From NCBI GenBank assembly GCA_043228905.1, contig JBHGNT010000112.1:18118-82117 (forward strand): a DNA stretch of 64,000 nt, read 5' to 3'. Numbering within the stretch: position 1 is the first letter of the stretch; each line of letters opens with the position of its first letter. Positions 34,501 through 48,785 of the stretch are shown here, one piece after another. Made by a program: the position numbers and the translations under genes. The stretch is from Azolla caroliniana (lineage: Eukaryota; Plantae; Polypodiophyta). The notes below the pieces were generated by a model, which was given only the letters and a program-made list of their open reading frames with translations, was not told the origin of the DNA and made no database searches.

Positions 34501-36313
34501 ATGCAGAGCATGTATTGTTGACCAATAAGGGGGAGCCAAAAAGTTTCGAAGAAACAAAGAAAGATACCCACAACCCCAAGTGGTTGAGTGCCATGTAGGA
34601 CGAGATGGATTCCCTACATGAGAACCACACGCATGAACTGACTGAGTTGCCGAAAGGAAAGAGGGCACTCTGGAACAAGTGGGTGTACAAGCTAAAATCG
34701 GAGATGCAGGAAACCCACTAAGATACAAAGCCCGGATCATGGTGAAGGTATTCCAGTAGAAGAAAGAAGTGGATTTCGACGAGAACTTTGCCTCGATAGT
34801 TAAGATGACTTCTATCCGGACGGTGCTGAGCATAGCGGCAAGCATGGACCTCGAGGTAGAGCAACTAGAAGTAAAGACGACGTTCCTCCATGGTGACCTC
34901 GAAGAAGATATCTACATGCAGCAGTTAGAAGGATTTGTGAAGAAAGGGATGGAGCATTTGGTGTGCCGGTTGAAGAAGAGCTTATACAGACTGAAGCAAG
35001 CTCCCCAACAATGGTACTGGAAGTTCGACTCCTTCATGACCGACCAAGGGTACCACAAGACACAGGCCGATCATTGTGTGTTTGTGAAGAAATTTGACGG
35101 AGGAGATTTCCTAATACCCCTCCTATATGTGGATGATATGCTGATCTTCGGACGAGACCAAGGCAAGATTCGGATGCTGAAGAAGGCTCTAAACCAAACC
35201 TTCTTAATGAAGGACTTGGGTCCGGCAAGATAGATATTAGGAATGCACATCATCTGGGACCGGTCGAAGAAGCTATTGTGGTTGTCACAGGAGAAGTACG
35301 TGACAAAGGTACTTCAATGGTTCAACATGTTGGAGGCGAAACCGGTCGGATCGACACTTCCGACAAACTACAAGCTATCTGGAAAACAAAGCCCAAGGAC
35401 AAAGTCAGAGAAGACAGATACGATGAAGATACCATATGCTTCTGCCGTTGGAAGCTTGATGTATGTCATGGTATGTACCCGGCCGGATGTCGGATATGCA
35501 GTTGGAGTGGTGAGCTGGTTCATGAGCAATCCCGGACGAGAGCACTAGAACGCGGTAAAGTGGGTACTTTGGTATTTGAAAGGCACCTCGAGTATGTGCC
35601 TCCGATTCGGCTCCAGTAAACCCCTCTTGGAAGGCTTCACCAATTCGGATAGTTGATGCGGATACATCCAGATATGTCATGACTTATGCAGGGGGAGTTG
35701 ATTCATGGTAGTCGAGGCTGCAGAAGACGGTTGCGTTATCAACCACAAAGGCAGAGTACATGGCAGTTGTTGAAGCCGGCAAGGAGATAATCTGGATGAA
35801 GGACTTCATCAAAGAGCTAGGGATCCAACAGGAGGAATACCGGCTCTACTACGACAGTCAAAGTGTCATCCACCTTGTGAGGGATGCGGCCTACCATTCT
35901 TGGACGAAACATATCCAGCGGAGGTACCACTGGATCCGGGAGAAAGTAGAAGATCAAGAGTTCATGCTGACGAAGATCCACACGGAGGAGAACGGGTCGG
36001 ATATGCTGACCAAGGTGTTAACAACTGACAAGCTGGATGCGTGCCGAAAGCAGATCAGTTTGACGAGACATCCCATGCCAGAGTGAAGGGGGAGATTGTT
36101 GAGAAGTTGGTCCCTCCAAATGAGATCCGGTTATAAATGAAGAGGACCCAGTGAGAATTGAAAGAGAAGACATATTTGTAAATATGTTTTGAGTAAGCCT
36201 ATTGAGGCTATATTTGTAAATAGCCCTAAGTTCATATGAGTATAAATATGACCTAGGGCAATCACAGAAGTATAGAGAGTTGTCATATTGTTGTATGAAC
36301 ATAACTGTTGTAT

Positions 36314-36345
<32 letters not shown>

Positions 36346-36631
36346 TGATACAGAGCGATACCCTATTGTAACCATCGCTTGGTGAAGATACAGAGCTCGA
36401 GGTCATTGCCTCCGAGTCTCTGATTGTACCTTTCCTATATAGTGATAGTTTGGAGTCTGTGGGCTCCCATGGTTTTTCCCTATTAGGGTTTTCCACGTAA
36501 ACATCCTGTGTACCCTCTATTGTTCATGTGTGTACGTGTACTAATCTCCAACCCCATTATTATGTCTGACTCTTATCGAAGTGATTTAAGACTCGGTTGT
36601 GGCCGAGAAATATTCCGCGTTATTTCCTACA
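31580..36631 (+). mobile_element. Full-length but disabled copia, family A with an alternative Gag capsid
   Basis: LTRs 31580-32190 and 36097-36631, TSD TATAG (31575-79, 36632-36), PBS TGGTATTAGAGC 32194-205, PPT 36081-36095. Many stops and frameshifts. Confidence 0.96.
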
Positions 36632-37410
36632 TATAGATATGACCCCTCTTTGCATTATGTCATGTTGTTGGATGAGAGTGAACGTCTTACTTATAAGGAG
36701 GCAATGTCATGTGAACTTAGCAATAAGTTGGAGCTTGCAATGCAAGAAGAAATAAAATCTTTGTATGCAAATGATATTTGGGATCTTGTGTGCTTACCTG
36801 AAGGAAGGAAAGCTCTTTTGAATAAATTTGTTTATAAAGTAAAGAAAATTGAAGGGAAACCAAAATACAAGGCAAGATTAGTTGCCAAGGGTTTATGCGC
36901 AGAACGAAGGTTTTGACTTCCAAGAGGTCTTCTCTCCTATTGTGAAGATGACCACACTTCATGTGCCATTTGCTCTCACTACAATGCTTAATCTAGAGTT
37001 GTACCAAATGGATGTAAAGACGGGTTTTTTGCATGGTGATATTGATGAAGAGATCTACATGAAACAACATGAGGGTTTTGTAGTCCTTAACAAGGAGCAT
37101 TTGGTATGCAAACTAAAACGTAGCCTGAATGGCCTAAAACAGGCACCATGATAATGGTATAAGAATTTTGATACTTTTATGCTTTCTCAAGGTTTTGATC
37201 GTAGCTATGCAAATCATTGTTTATACACGAAAAAGGATGTCGATGTAGTCCCATCATACTTGTTCTATACGTGGATGATATGTTGCTAGCTGGGAAAAGA
37301 AAGACCAGTCTTGATGCTCTAAAAGATCAACTGAAATCGGTCTTCTCTATGAAAGATTTGGGAAATGCAGAGCATATATTGGCCATGAGAATCAGTAGAA
37401 ACAGAAAGGT

Positions 37411-40400
37411 TGTCTAGAATCAAACGCAACTCATGTGAACATGTGCTTATGAAGAAAATGACGATGTGGTCAAAGAATATTAATGTCAACTATTAATGTG
37501 GTCAAAGAATATTAGATATTCTTATGACAAAATCGTACTCAAGTGGATATCTTGGTTAACTTCCACCAACACATTTTATATGGTAGTCTCTTGAGGACTT
37601 GTATAACCCCCTTTGCCCATTCTGTTTTGTTGATGATCTTTAGTGAATTAACATAGCTCTCTTCAGTGCATAAGTTGTCATCCCCCTACTATACATTTTC
37701 TTATTCTTTTCTGGTTATTCTCTCTAATTTATTCTCTTGCTTATACACCCACTCTATCACACACACAATACACTGCTGAATACTGAACTCTACTAGAGTT
37801 AGATTCTTTACATGATATAAGAGTGTGAGCGTTAGAGATCCTTCACTTAGCTCTACCATTGAAACTATGTGCGTAGCTAGAAACGTTGTTTCAAACTGGC
37901 TATCGACGGTGTAGTGTTGCACAACAAGAGGCTCACATTAACAGGAGCATACGAATCAAGCCAATTCAGAAAGATGAATGCACAAATGGGTAGCGCACTT
38001 CCAACTGAGAAGTTGGACAGGCACAACTACGCATCTTGGGAATATAAGATGCAACAATACTTAGTTGGGCAAGGGTATTGGAGTTATTATATCGAGGGAG
38101 CTCAAGGAACCGCCCTGATATTATAAAGGTAATGTATTGTTTGGCAACATGTGCACAAGATCACATGTTAAGCTATATTCGAGATGTGAAAGCCCCTACA
38201 GAAGCGTGGAAGTGGCTTCAACCACAACAAGAAAACTTCAACTCCGGTAGATGTTGAACAATATTATTCGGTAGGGGAATATGTGTATGACAAACTATAC
38301 CCTTCAGATCAAAGACTTATGCGATTCACTTGGCTCCATGAATGTGGCAGTTGATGATGACGAGATGGTGCATATCTGCCTTGCTAGCCTCGCACAAAAA
38401 TATGGCTCATTTCGGACATCCATAACAACTTGCAATCCATGCTAATGGTTGAGGAGAACCATACATGGTCGAAAAGCATGGCATCTGATGGGTAGATACT
38501 ATATACACATGATGATCTCAGTTGAGGTCATGGTCATGGTCGTGGAAATCACAGGAGGAATGGTCGAGGAATAGGTGGACGAGGTCCACAACAGATTAAT
38601 TTCGGGCAGCAAGAAGGTCGAAACAACTGAAGGAATTCCATCAAAAAGGGGAGCTTCCACTAGCCTACATCAACTAGGCAGAACCAGCAAATTGAGTGCT
38701 GGTATTGTGGAAAGCCTGGCCACTTTGAAGCCGAGTGTTGGAAGAAGAAGAATGACTCAGTTGCCTCACCCCGACAACAAACAAACTATGTTGTGATGGC
38801 TGACCTAGAAAACAAAGGACCGATGTTTGTTATGCGACATCGGGCCAATAACATGATAACAAGTGTTTCCCAACCTGATGATGTCTGGTTCGTGGACTCA
38901 GGTGCCTCAAATCACATGAGAAGTCATCAAGAATGGTTCATGAATTTGAGGGAACCCGAGAGACCTGGCGTGGTGGAGACCGGTGATGACTCCACACACA
39001 TAATTTAGCACATTGGAGATGTGGCCCTTAACAATCATGACAACAAGGGCTACATGAAGGATGTACAACATGTCCCGACAATCTCAAAGAATTTGGTCTC
39101 GGTTGGCCAAATTGTCGAGCAAGGAATGCAAATACGATTCACCATGAAGGTTGCTTCATCAAGGATAAGGGCCAACTTATCGCTCATGCAAGAAGAGAAC
39201 ATCACATGTTTATTCTTGATGCGACTAAGGTGAACATAACAATGTATGCAAAGGGACTCAAGGCTGAGTCCAATATTGAGTTGTGGCAGGTTGGCCATGT
39301 AAACCTTGGTAAACTCTTACTAATGCAAACAAAAGGGGTTGTGCATGGATTGCCATGATTTACTTCGAAACATCTTGATAATGTATGTAAGGCATGCCAA
39401 CTAGGAAAGCAACATAGGCATCCATTCCTAAGCGAAAGAAATGTGAGTAAAGGCTTGTTGGACACCATCCACTCAGATGTATGGGGCCCAACTCAAACAG
39501 AGACAATCGGTGGGTGTAGGTACTTCGTTACCATCGGTGAATATTCGCAGCATACTTGGATATGCAAGATGAAGTCGAAAAGTTAAAGAATCGCGTGGAA
39601 AATGAGACGAATCGCAAGATTCAATGCTTACGGTCTGATGGTATCCAAGAATACTTCTCAACCAAGTTCAAGGCCTTTCTAGAAGAGAAGGGGATTCGCG
39701 GGGAATTCTCTTGCCGGTACACACCATAGCAAAATGGTGTTGTTGAGCAGAAGAATCGCACAATTCTTGAGATGGCCCGCGCCATGTTGCAGGAGAAGAA
39801 CATGCCCAAGATCTATTGGGCAGAGGCATCAGTTACGGATGTGTATCTCATCAATAGGTGCACGAACGAGGGTGTCCATGACATCACCCCTCACAAGAAC
39901 TATTTTGGGAAAAAGCTAGACCTTTCGCACTTCAAGGTTTTTGGTAACATTGCATTTGTGCATGTACCCGATGAGAAGCGGAGAAAGCTTGACCTAAAAT
40001 CAGAGAAGATGATCTTTGTCGATTACTCACTTGAGCAAAAGAGTTATAAGTGTTTAACCCCATCACTCGACAATCACGAATAAGCAGAGAAGTGGTATTT
40101 GATGAGGTGACATCATCGAATGGCGGACATCAGTGATCCCTGTCGTGTTCGAAACAAGCAAATCTGGAGCAGATTCTGAGAGTGAAGAAGAAGAGATGTT
40201 GATGATCATTATGGGTGGAGAACCAATAGAGAGTCTAGCCACACTCCAGCTGACTGGACTTGAGGTGTCATCCAACAATCAGAGTCTTGCATGACATGAA
40301 GAAACCTCTGATGTGTTGTCACCTTGGTGCTACACCCCCAGAAAGAAAACAAAGGGCATGGTACCTGAGCAAGAGGTCAAGGACACGACGTCCGGTGAAG

Positions 40401-42676
40401 ACTCAGATCATTCACCCCAATCGGTTGACAACAAGTATGAAATGAAGAAGGCCCCGGAGGTGACCAAAGGAAAACTCCATCAATTGAACCAACAAAAGAA
40501 CCTGATAATTAGGTTCAGGTACAATGAGTACATGGGGCACCACTATGCATTCATGATGAAGGTCGCAACAAACCAACAACCCAAGACTTACAAAGAAGCT
40601 GCCCAAGATCCCCATTGGATTGTGGCAATGAGGGAGGAGATGTGCGCTTTGTTTGACAACAATACTTGGGATTTAGTTCCATCCTCTAAAATCAAGAAAA
40701 TGCCAACTGGTTGCCGCTAGGTGTTCAAGATAAAGCATAATACGGATGGCATGGTCAATCGGTTCAAGGCTCGGCTAGTCGCCAAAGGGTATGCTCAAAC
40801 CCATGGCATAGACTAGGAGGAAACATTTGCTCCGGTGGCAAAAATGTCCACTATCAAGACTATAATTGCACTCGCAGCAGTGAAAGGTTGGCACTTGCAT
40901 CAAATGGGTGTGCAGAACGCATTCCTCCAAGGTGAGCTTGAGGAGAAAGTTTACATGATGCAACCACCTGGTCTTCGAATCGAGCAAACATTCACTTGCA
41001 GTTTGCCGATTGAAGAAGCCACTCTATGGACTGAAGCAAGCCCCAAGAACATGGCATTCAAAGATTACAACATATCTTCACGACATTGGCATCTGATAAC
41101 TCATTGTATATCCGGAACAATCCCAAAAGCCTCATCTTCTTAATCTTGTATGTCGATGACCTTATCATCGATGGAGAAAGCCTCATCGAGACACAAAAGA
41201 TAAAAAAGTTGCTTTTAGAGAAGTTCGAGAAGAAGGATCTAAATGACTTACATTATTTTCTCGGCATTGAGGTCATTCAAACTCTAGAAGGGCTCCTACT
41301 CTTACAATGACACTATGTGTTGAACTTGCGTTACAAGTTCGGAATGACCGAGTGTAAGTCCATCTCGACACCCCTTGATTGAAATATGAAGCTAACTGCA
41401 AATTCTGGCAAATACTGCGAGTCGACACAGTATCGCCAAATAAATGGGAGTCTTATCTACCTAATTATCACCCGACTAGTCCTCAGCTATTCGGTCGAGC
41501 TTCTTAGCCAGTTCATGCAAAGCCCCCCGTGACACTCACATGGACTATGCTAAGCGAGTGTTACGTTATGTTAGTGGAACACTTCATTATGGAATCTTCT
41601 ATAAGCATGGAGTACCACTTCAACTCGAAGGTTTCACAGATGTTGATTGCGCGGGCAATGCATCTTATAGGCGATCCACTTCAGGATTTATGTTTTCACT
41701 CGGTAGTGGAGAAATCTCCTAGAGCAGCAAGAAACAACCAACAATCGCTCTATCAAGCAATGAGGCGGAGTATAGGGCCCTAGTTGTAGCTGCTTACGAA
41801 GCTGTATGGCTTAAAAGACTATTGAGGTTGATATTTTCCTTGAGGTGCTAGGTCTCAACAAGCTACGATAATTCTCAGTGGATCTAGGCCTTAGGCCACT
41901 CGATATCCTGAGCTTGGGGGGAAGTACAAGTACAAAGGAGAAGGAAAACATGGAAAATCAGCACCATAAAAGAGGAAGAGTCAGACCAACATCGACAAAG
42001 TAAGGCCGGTATATCTAATCTGACTTGACCCAGCAAGTTAGAAGAAGAATTTTCAAAGCCCAAATTTTTTTAAGTTAGAGATAAACTTGACCTTCTCGGC
42101 ACCATTGACAAGCTCGAAATTTTGGATCGACATGATTGACATGATCGACATTGCTGGATCAAGATTGAGTACATAGGAACAATGGGAAAACCACGGTTTA
42201 GTAGTCCGACCAATTGCAGTCAGGTCTTCAACTACACCAAGACAACCAAGCTTAAGAGGACACATAATTGACCTTGAGAGGGCATGTTGAGAATCAAGCT
42301 CAACTTGTGTGAACCTGTGCTTATGAAGAAAAGGAAGATGTGGGAAAAAGTGTGCTCAAGTGTGTGAGCACACTTTTTTGTAATCTTTGTAGTTGTTGAT
42401 TGTTAATGTGGTCAAAGGATAGTAGATATTCTTATGAAAATATCGTACTCAAGTGGATATGTTGGTTAGATTCCACCTCTAAAACCCCCTTTTCCCATTC
42501 TGTTTTGTTGATGATATTTAGTTAATTAACATAGCTCTCTTCAGTGCATAAGTTGTCATCCCCCCTACTGCGTATTTTCTTATTCTTTTATGGTTATTCT
42601 AAATTATTTCTTCTCTTGCTTATACACTCATACTCTCTCACACACACAACTCTTTTGAATACTCAACTCTACTAGA
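37411..42676 (+). mobile_element. Full-length decayed copia, family B
   Basis: LTRs 37411-37812 and 42285-42676 (3' end clipped). Decayed PBS TGATATAAGAGT 37813-24. Gag MGSALPTEKLDRHNYASWEYKMQQYL, WFVDSGASNHM, integrase, RT (LYVDDL), RNase H. Confidence 0.92.
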
Positions 42677-43245
42677 AATTGTTGTTTTTGTCACAAGAAA
42701 AGTACATTGACAGATTTAATATAGCAAAAGCAAAGTCCCTTTGCGTTCCTTTGCCTTCATATCTTAAACTTAGCAAGGCTGATTGTCCAAAGGATGAGAT
42801 GGAAGTCAATGCTATGAAGGGAATTCCTTACGGATCAACATGTGGTTCTCTAATGTATCTATGGTAGCTACTCATCCAGATATTGCTCTTGCAGTGGGAT
42901 TTGTCAGTAGCTATACATCTAATCCTGGCAAAGCACATTGTGACAAGTGTGTTTTCAGGTATCTTAAAGGTACACAGAGAAAATGTTTATGCTATGGGAA
43001 GAGTGCATTAAGTTTGCAGGGATATTGTGACATGGCAGGTGACTTGAATACACGCAAGTCTACTAGCGGGTATAATCTTATAGTTGTTGGTGGAGTAGTG
43101 TCTTGGTGCTCCAAATTGCAAAAGATTGTAGCATTGATTACTACTGAAGTTGAATATATTTTAGCTACAGAAGCTTCAAAGGAAGCTCTATGGCTCAACA
43201 GACTTGCTGAAGATCTTGGCATGTCTATTAGTACTCCCGTGTTAG

Positions 43246-46200
43246 ACGGTGGAAAGTCACGAGGTATGTTTAGCAAAAGGGGGAGTTCCATGCCAAACCA
43301 AGCCAGTAAGACCAAGTCATGAGGTACGTTTGCCGCAATGCGGATATTGCGGCAAAACTGGTCCCCATGAAGAGGAGTGCCGAAAGAAGAAATGTTAGTC
43401 CGCTGACAATTCACCAATTACGCCACCAACTCTGACTATGATGACCATGGTAAAATGTTCGTCATAAGACATAGGGAAAATTCTATGTAGTCTCTAGTTC
43501 GACTAGTGCCTCTAGTCCAGAAGATATATGGTTCATCAACTAGTGCCTCGAACTATGTGACGTTTCATCAACAATGGTTTTGAGACCTGCGAGAGCCGGA
43601 TTGACCTAGCTATGTTGAGACCGGAGACGATACCACTCATCCGATATGGCGCATCGGCAATGTCCAATTCATCAAAGAAGGAAATCAGACATACATTCAA
43701 AAAGTCTTGCATTTACCGACCTTAACGAAGAATTTGGTCTTCGTTGGCCAAATTGTAGAATAGGGCATGCAAGCCGGTTCAATCATGTTGGTTGCTTCAT
43801 TGAAAAGGAAGCCTGACTAATCACATGCGGGCGAAGAGAGGGCCAAATGTTCATTCTCGATTCATAGGAGGTGAAATCGGCAATTTATCGGCCACGTCAA
43901 CCTCCAAAAGCTCAAGGGGATGCAACCAAAAGGAGTCGCTATAAGACTCCCTACATTTAAAGAAAAGGAAATCAATGGAGTATGTGAAGCACGCCTATTC
44001 GGCAAGCAACATCAGCACCCATTCCCGAAAGAGAGGAATGTGAGCAAAGGTCTACTAGACATAGTCCACTTTGAAGTGTGGGAACCGACACAGACAACCA
44101 CATTCGGAGGATGTTGATACAACTTCCTGTTCATTGACGACTTCTCCAGACACACCTGGATTTATCCGATGCGCCACAAGAGCGAAGTATTCGCACATTT
44201 TCAAAAGCTCAAAAGCAGAGTTGAAAAAGAAACGGGTTGACATGTTTGATGTCTTCAATCGAACAATATTTCTTTGACGAATTTTCAGCCTTTCTCCGAC
44301 AAGAAGTATTTCAGCGAGAATTTTCATGTCGACATACACCGCAATAGAATGAAGTAGCTGAATGAAAGAATCGGCACATCCTCAAAGTAGCAAGGGCCAT
44401 GTTGAACGAAAAGCAATGTCGAAGTCATATTGGGCTAAAGCAACATGCACAGTTGTCTAGCTAATGAACCAATGTACATCTAGTGTGCACGATTACCCCT
44501 CACGAGAAGTACTGTGGAAAGAAATTGAATCTATCCCATGTAAGGATATTCGGCTCAATTGCAGACGTGCACATTCCCGATGAGAAGTGGCAAAAGCTTG
44601 ACCCAAAATTAGAGAAGTGCATCCTCATGGGGTACTCCCTTGAAATGAAAGGTTACAAATGCTTCAACGTATCTACTCGAAAGGCTCGCGTAAGTTGGGA
44701 CGTCGTGTTTGATGAATCGGCATCATGGTACGCACCTGAGCCGACTTTACCCTAATAAATCATGGTCAATTTTGAAGTTAACCTAGATGACGACGAACGG
44801 CTAAGGGCAACACCTAAGGAGAGTCCGATCTCAACCAGATTGAAACCACAAGAGGCTACAAGCGAGCAAAGCATGTCATGTTAGAGTTCGATATCGGAAA
44901 AAGGAAAGGCCAAAATACCCGAGTATGAGGACAATCACTCCGACGAGAGTGATGCAAATGAATTGGCACAAACAGTTGACAACGATTTTGGTGTTCCCAA
45001 CATGAGGACACCCGGAGTAAAGAATGTGCTCACAGCGGCAAACAAAAACCTTCATCACTCCACCCACGAGAAGAACCTAGCCAACCGATTTCGTCTACGA
45101 CTACATGGCATACCACAATGCCTTTATGATGAAGGTGGCAGCCATTCAAGAGCCAGAAAGTTTTGTCGAAGCCGTTAAAGATCCACGATAGGTCGAAGCA
45201 ATGAATGAGGAGATGTCAGTTCTTAGTAAGAACGAGATTGGGGATCTTGTCCCCCACTCACCTCATAAGAAGGCAATCGGGCTGCAAAGGGATATACAAG
45301 GTGAAGTATAATGCTGATGGCTCCGTCAATCATTATAAAGCTCAACTCATAGCGAAAGGTTATGCATAGACACATGTAGTCGACTATGAAGAGAACTTTG
45401 CCCCGATAACAAAGATGACAATTTGTTAGGACCCTGATAGCGCTTGTAGAAGCGAAAGGGTGGCACCTCCATCAGATGGATTTCAAGAATGCCTTTCTTC
45501 AAGGAGAGCTAAAAGAGGAGGTATACATCGTACAACCACCTGGATTTGAATCGTATACTCACCCACATGTGGTGTGCAAACTCAAGAAGCCTCTATAAGG
45601 CCTCAAACAAGCACCTAGCATATGGCACTCGAAGATAACACAATATCTTCATCGAATCAGCTTCAGAATGTCAAAATCTAACAACTCTCTCCATGTAAGA
45701 AGTGATTATGGAAGTTCGATTTTCATCATCCTCTACATGGATGACCTTTTCATTGGCAGTGAGCAACTAGTCGACATCAACAAGGTCAAGTCCCTCCTCT
45801 CCGGAAAATTCAAGATGACGGAGATGAAAAAGCTTCATTACTTCCTAGGCATTGAAATAATTCGAACCTTTGATGACATCATGATCTCTCAACGACCTAT
45901 TTCCTCAATCTGGTTTTTAAGTTTGGGCTGACAAAGTGTAAGCCCGTCGCTACCCCTCTTGACCGAAACCTCAAACTGGATGCCGACTCTGGCAACACAG
46001 AGTGTAAGTCGACACACTATCGACAACTTGTCGGAAGTCTTATGTACCTCATGATCACTCGACCCGACCTCAACTATCCGGTCGGCCTCTTTAGTAAATT
46101 CATGCAAACTCCACGTGATATTCTTTTGGATTGTGCTAAGTGAGTATTACGATACATGAGTGGAACGATGGACTACGACATTCTCTATAAGTCAGCCATG

Positions 46201-46990
46201 TCAATTCGACTCGAAGGGTGTACAGATGCCGATTGGGCCTGCTACAAAGCGAACCGATGATCGTTTTTGGGCTTCGTATTTTCAATCAATAGTGTAGCCA
46301 TATCATGGAGCAACAAGAAGTAGCCGACCGTCGCATTATCCATTACAGAGGCCGAATACAAGGGCACAATTGTTGTTGCATGTGAAGCCATATGACTCAA
46401 GAGGATACTGAAGGATCTTGATGTCTCCATCATCGATCCGATCCTTCTCTACTGTGACAATCTCAGCAATATCCATCTTGCTCGAACCCTCGTCTTCCAT
46501 GCTCAGACAAAGCATATTGAGGTGCACTACCACTTCATCTGAGAACGTGTCCTTGCAGGGGATGTCGAACTTCAACACATCAACATGAACCATCAAACAA
46601 CCGACAACTTCACGAAAGCCCTTGGATCCGAGAAGCTTTGGAAATTCACGACGGACCTTGGACTAATGACCGCTAACTTGCCAAGCTTGAGGGGGAGTAA
46701 CAAAGAGAGAACTGGATAACAATCAAAGAAAACACCAACGGAGAAGAACAATTGGCAGGCAACCAAAATCCGAAAGTCGATTGATGCCAAAATGCGAGCT
46801 TGAAGGGGCATGTTGAGAATCAAGTTTAACCCATCCTAGTGTGTAAACACACTAGAGAGTTACACACCACCACTATGTAATATAATTAATGTGTCATAGG
46901 AGTTACATTCTATGACACATAGTTAATAAGTCTTGTAACATAACTCATGTGTCATAGGAGTTACACTCCATGACACATAGTTAATGAGAT
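43246..46990 (+). mobile_element. 5'-truncated decayed copia, family B, with partial 3' LTR from 46811
   Basis: Gag end through RNase H with many stops. PPT TGAAGGGGCA, then TGTTGAGAATCAAG as at 42285. Confidence 0.88.
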
Positions 46991-47369
46991 TCCCCACTCC
47001 CAAGATTCTAGAGAGTGAGAGTGATTTAGCGATAAAGGTAAAGAGGGATGTTTGAGGGAGCAGCTATTGAGGGAGGATGTTCAGAAAACAGGATTGTAGT
47101 AGAGATGAGAGTAGAGTCACACATATTTTTGGTGCACCCAGCCGACTTTATTGGTACACAAGAAAAAAGGTTATTATATTAGTTAACTCTAAAACAAAAA
47201 CCCGGTGTGTTCACATTACAAAAGGAGGTGTCCTGTCCAGGTGAACAATATGCTCGCATGTACGAATAATTACCTAATTTGTGAACTACAGTACAGACCT
47301 TTACACCTACCAACCTCACACTTAAAGGTATAATGTGAACATTCAAGTAACTCACACTAACTGTATGCA

Positions 47370-48785
47370 ATGCACATGTTGAGCTTTGCCAAGACTTTTG
47401 GTGAGAATATTTGCAGCCAAGATCTTCAACAAATCTATTGAGCCATATAGTTTCCTTTGAAGCTTCTATAGCTGAAATATATATTCAGCTTCAGTAGTAA
47501 TCAGTGCTACAATCTTTTGCCATTGGGAGCACCAAGACAGTGCTCCACCACCAACTGTAACTATATACCCGCTAGTAGACTTGCATGTATCCAAGTCACC
47601 TGCCCTGTCTACATCACAATGATGCAATATCCCTACAAACTCAATGCACCCTTCCCATAGCATAAACATTTTCTCTGTGTACCTTTAAGATACCTGAAAA
47701 CACACTTGATAGCCTCCCAATGTGCTTTGCCGGGATTAGACATATAGCGACTGACAATTCCCACTGCATAAGCAATATCTGGACGAGTAGCTACCAGAAC
47801 ATACATTAGAGAACCACATGTTGATGCATAAGGAATTCCCTTCATAACATTGACTTCCATCTCATCTTTTGGACAATTAGCCTTGCTAAGTTTAAGATAT
47901 GAAGGCTAAGGAACTCCAAGGGACTTCGCTTCTGCCATATTAAATATGTTAAGCACTTTTTCAATGTACTTTTCTTGTGACAAAAACAATAATTTGTCCT
48001 TCCTGTTTCTATTTATTCTCATGCCCAAAATATGCTCTACATCTCCAAAATCTTTCATAGAGAAGATCGATTTCAGTTGATCTTTTAGAGCATCAAAACT
48101 GGTCTTTCTTTTCCCAGCTAGCAACATATCATCCACGTATAGAACAAGTATGATGGCACTACATCGACATCCTTTTTCGTGTATAAACAATGATCTACAT
48201 AGCTACGATTAAAACCTTGAGAAACCATAAAAGTATCAAACTTCTTATACCATTGCCGTGGTGCCTGTTTTAGGCCATATAGGCTATGTTTTAGTTTGCA
48301 TACCAAATGCTCCTTAAAAAGCAGTCTTTGCATCCATTTGGTACAACTCCAGATTAAGCATTGTAAGCTCCCACTTATTGCTAAGTTCACATGACATTGC
48401 GTCCTTATAAGTAAGAGGTTCACCCTCATCTGACAACATGAGATAATGTAAAGTGGGGTCATATCTATATACCTGCCTCCTTAAACGATTAGACCTACGT
48501 ACGTTCAAAATCTGGAGGAAAATCAGTTTCAACACTTTCTGGCTGTTGCAAACCATGTCTGCCATGATGTTCAACATGTATATTCTGTTGTTCAGTACAT
48601 TCATCTTGTTGTCCAACACCTTCATGAGCATCTCTTTGCTGTCCAACTTCTTCTAGCTCAAGGATAACCTGTTGATCATCATATTCAACCTTTGGTATTG
48701 CATCATGCGGTTTATTTTTAGATTTTGTGGATGATTGTATATGCTTAAATGTAACACTCTTCGAGTTCCCAATAGAGGAACATAT
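47370..48785 (-). mobile_element. Second, inverted copy of copia C (integrase-RT linker, RT, RNase H) lacking the nested insertions
   Basis: Highly similar to 31250-31579 + 36637-37410 + 42677-43220, with an internal deletion in RT. Confidence 0.9.

Larger units (their letters stand above)
29790..43245 (+). mobile_element. Old copia C in three pieces (29790-31579, 36637-37410, 42677-43245), split by two later insertions
   Basis: LWHKRLGHMS, integrase, RT (MDVKTGFLHGD, LYVDDML) and RNase H are collinear once the insertions are removed; compare the uninterrupted copy at 47370-48785. Confidence 0.85.

Noticed and set aside
46990-47345. Minus-strand LTR of the inverted copia C
   Set aside because: Composition is suggestive but there is no clear PPT, partner LTR or TSD.
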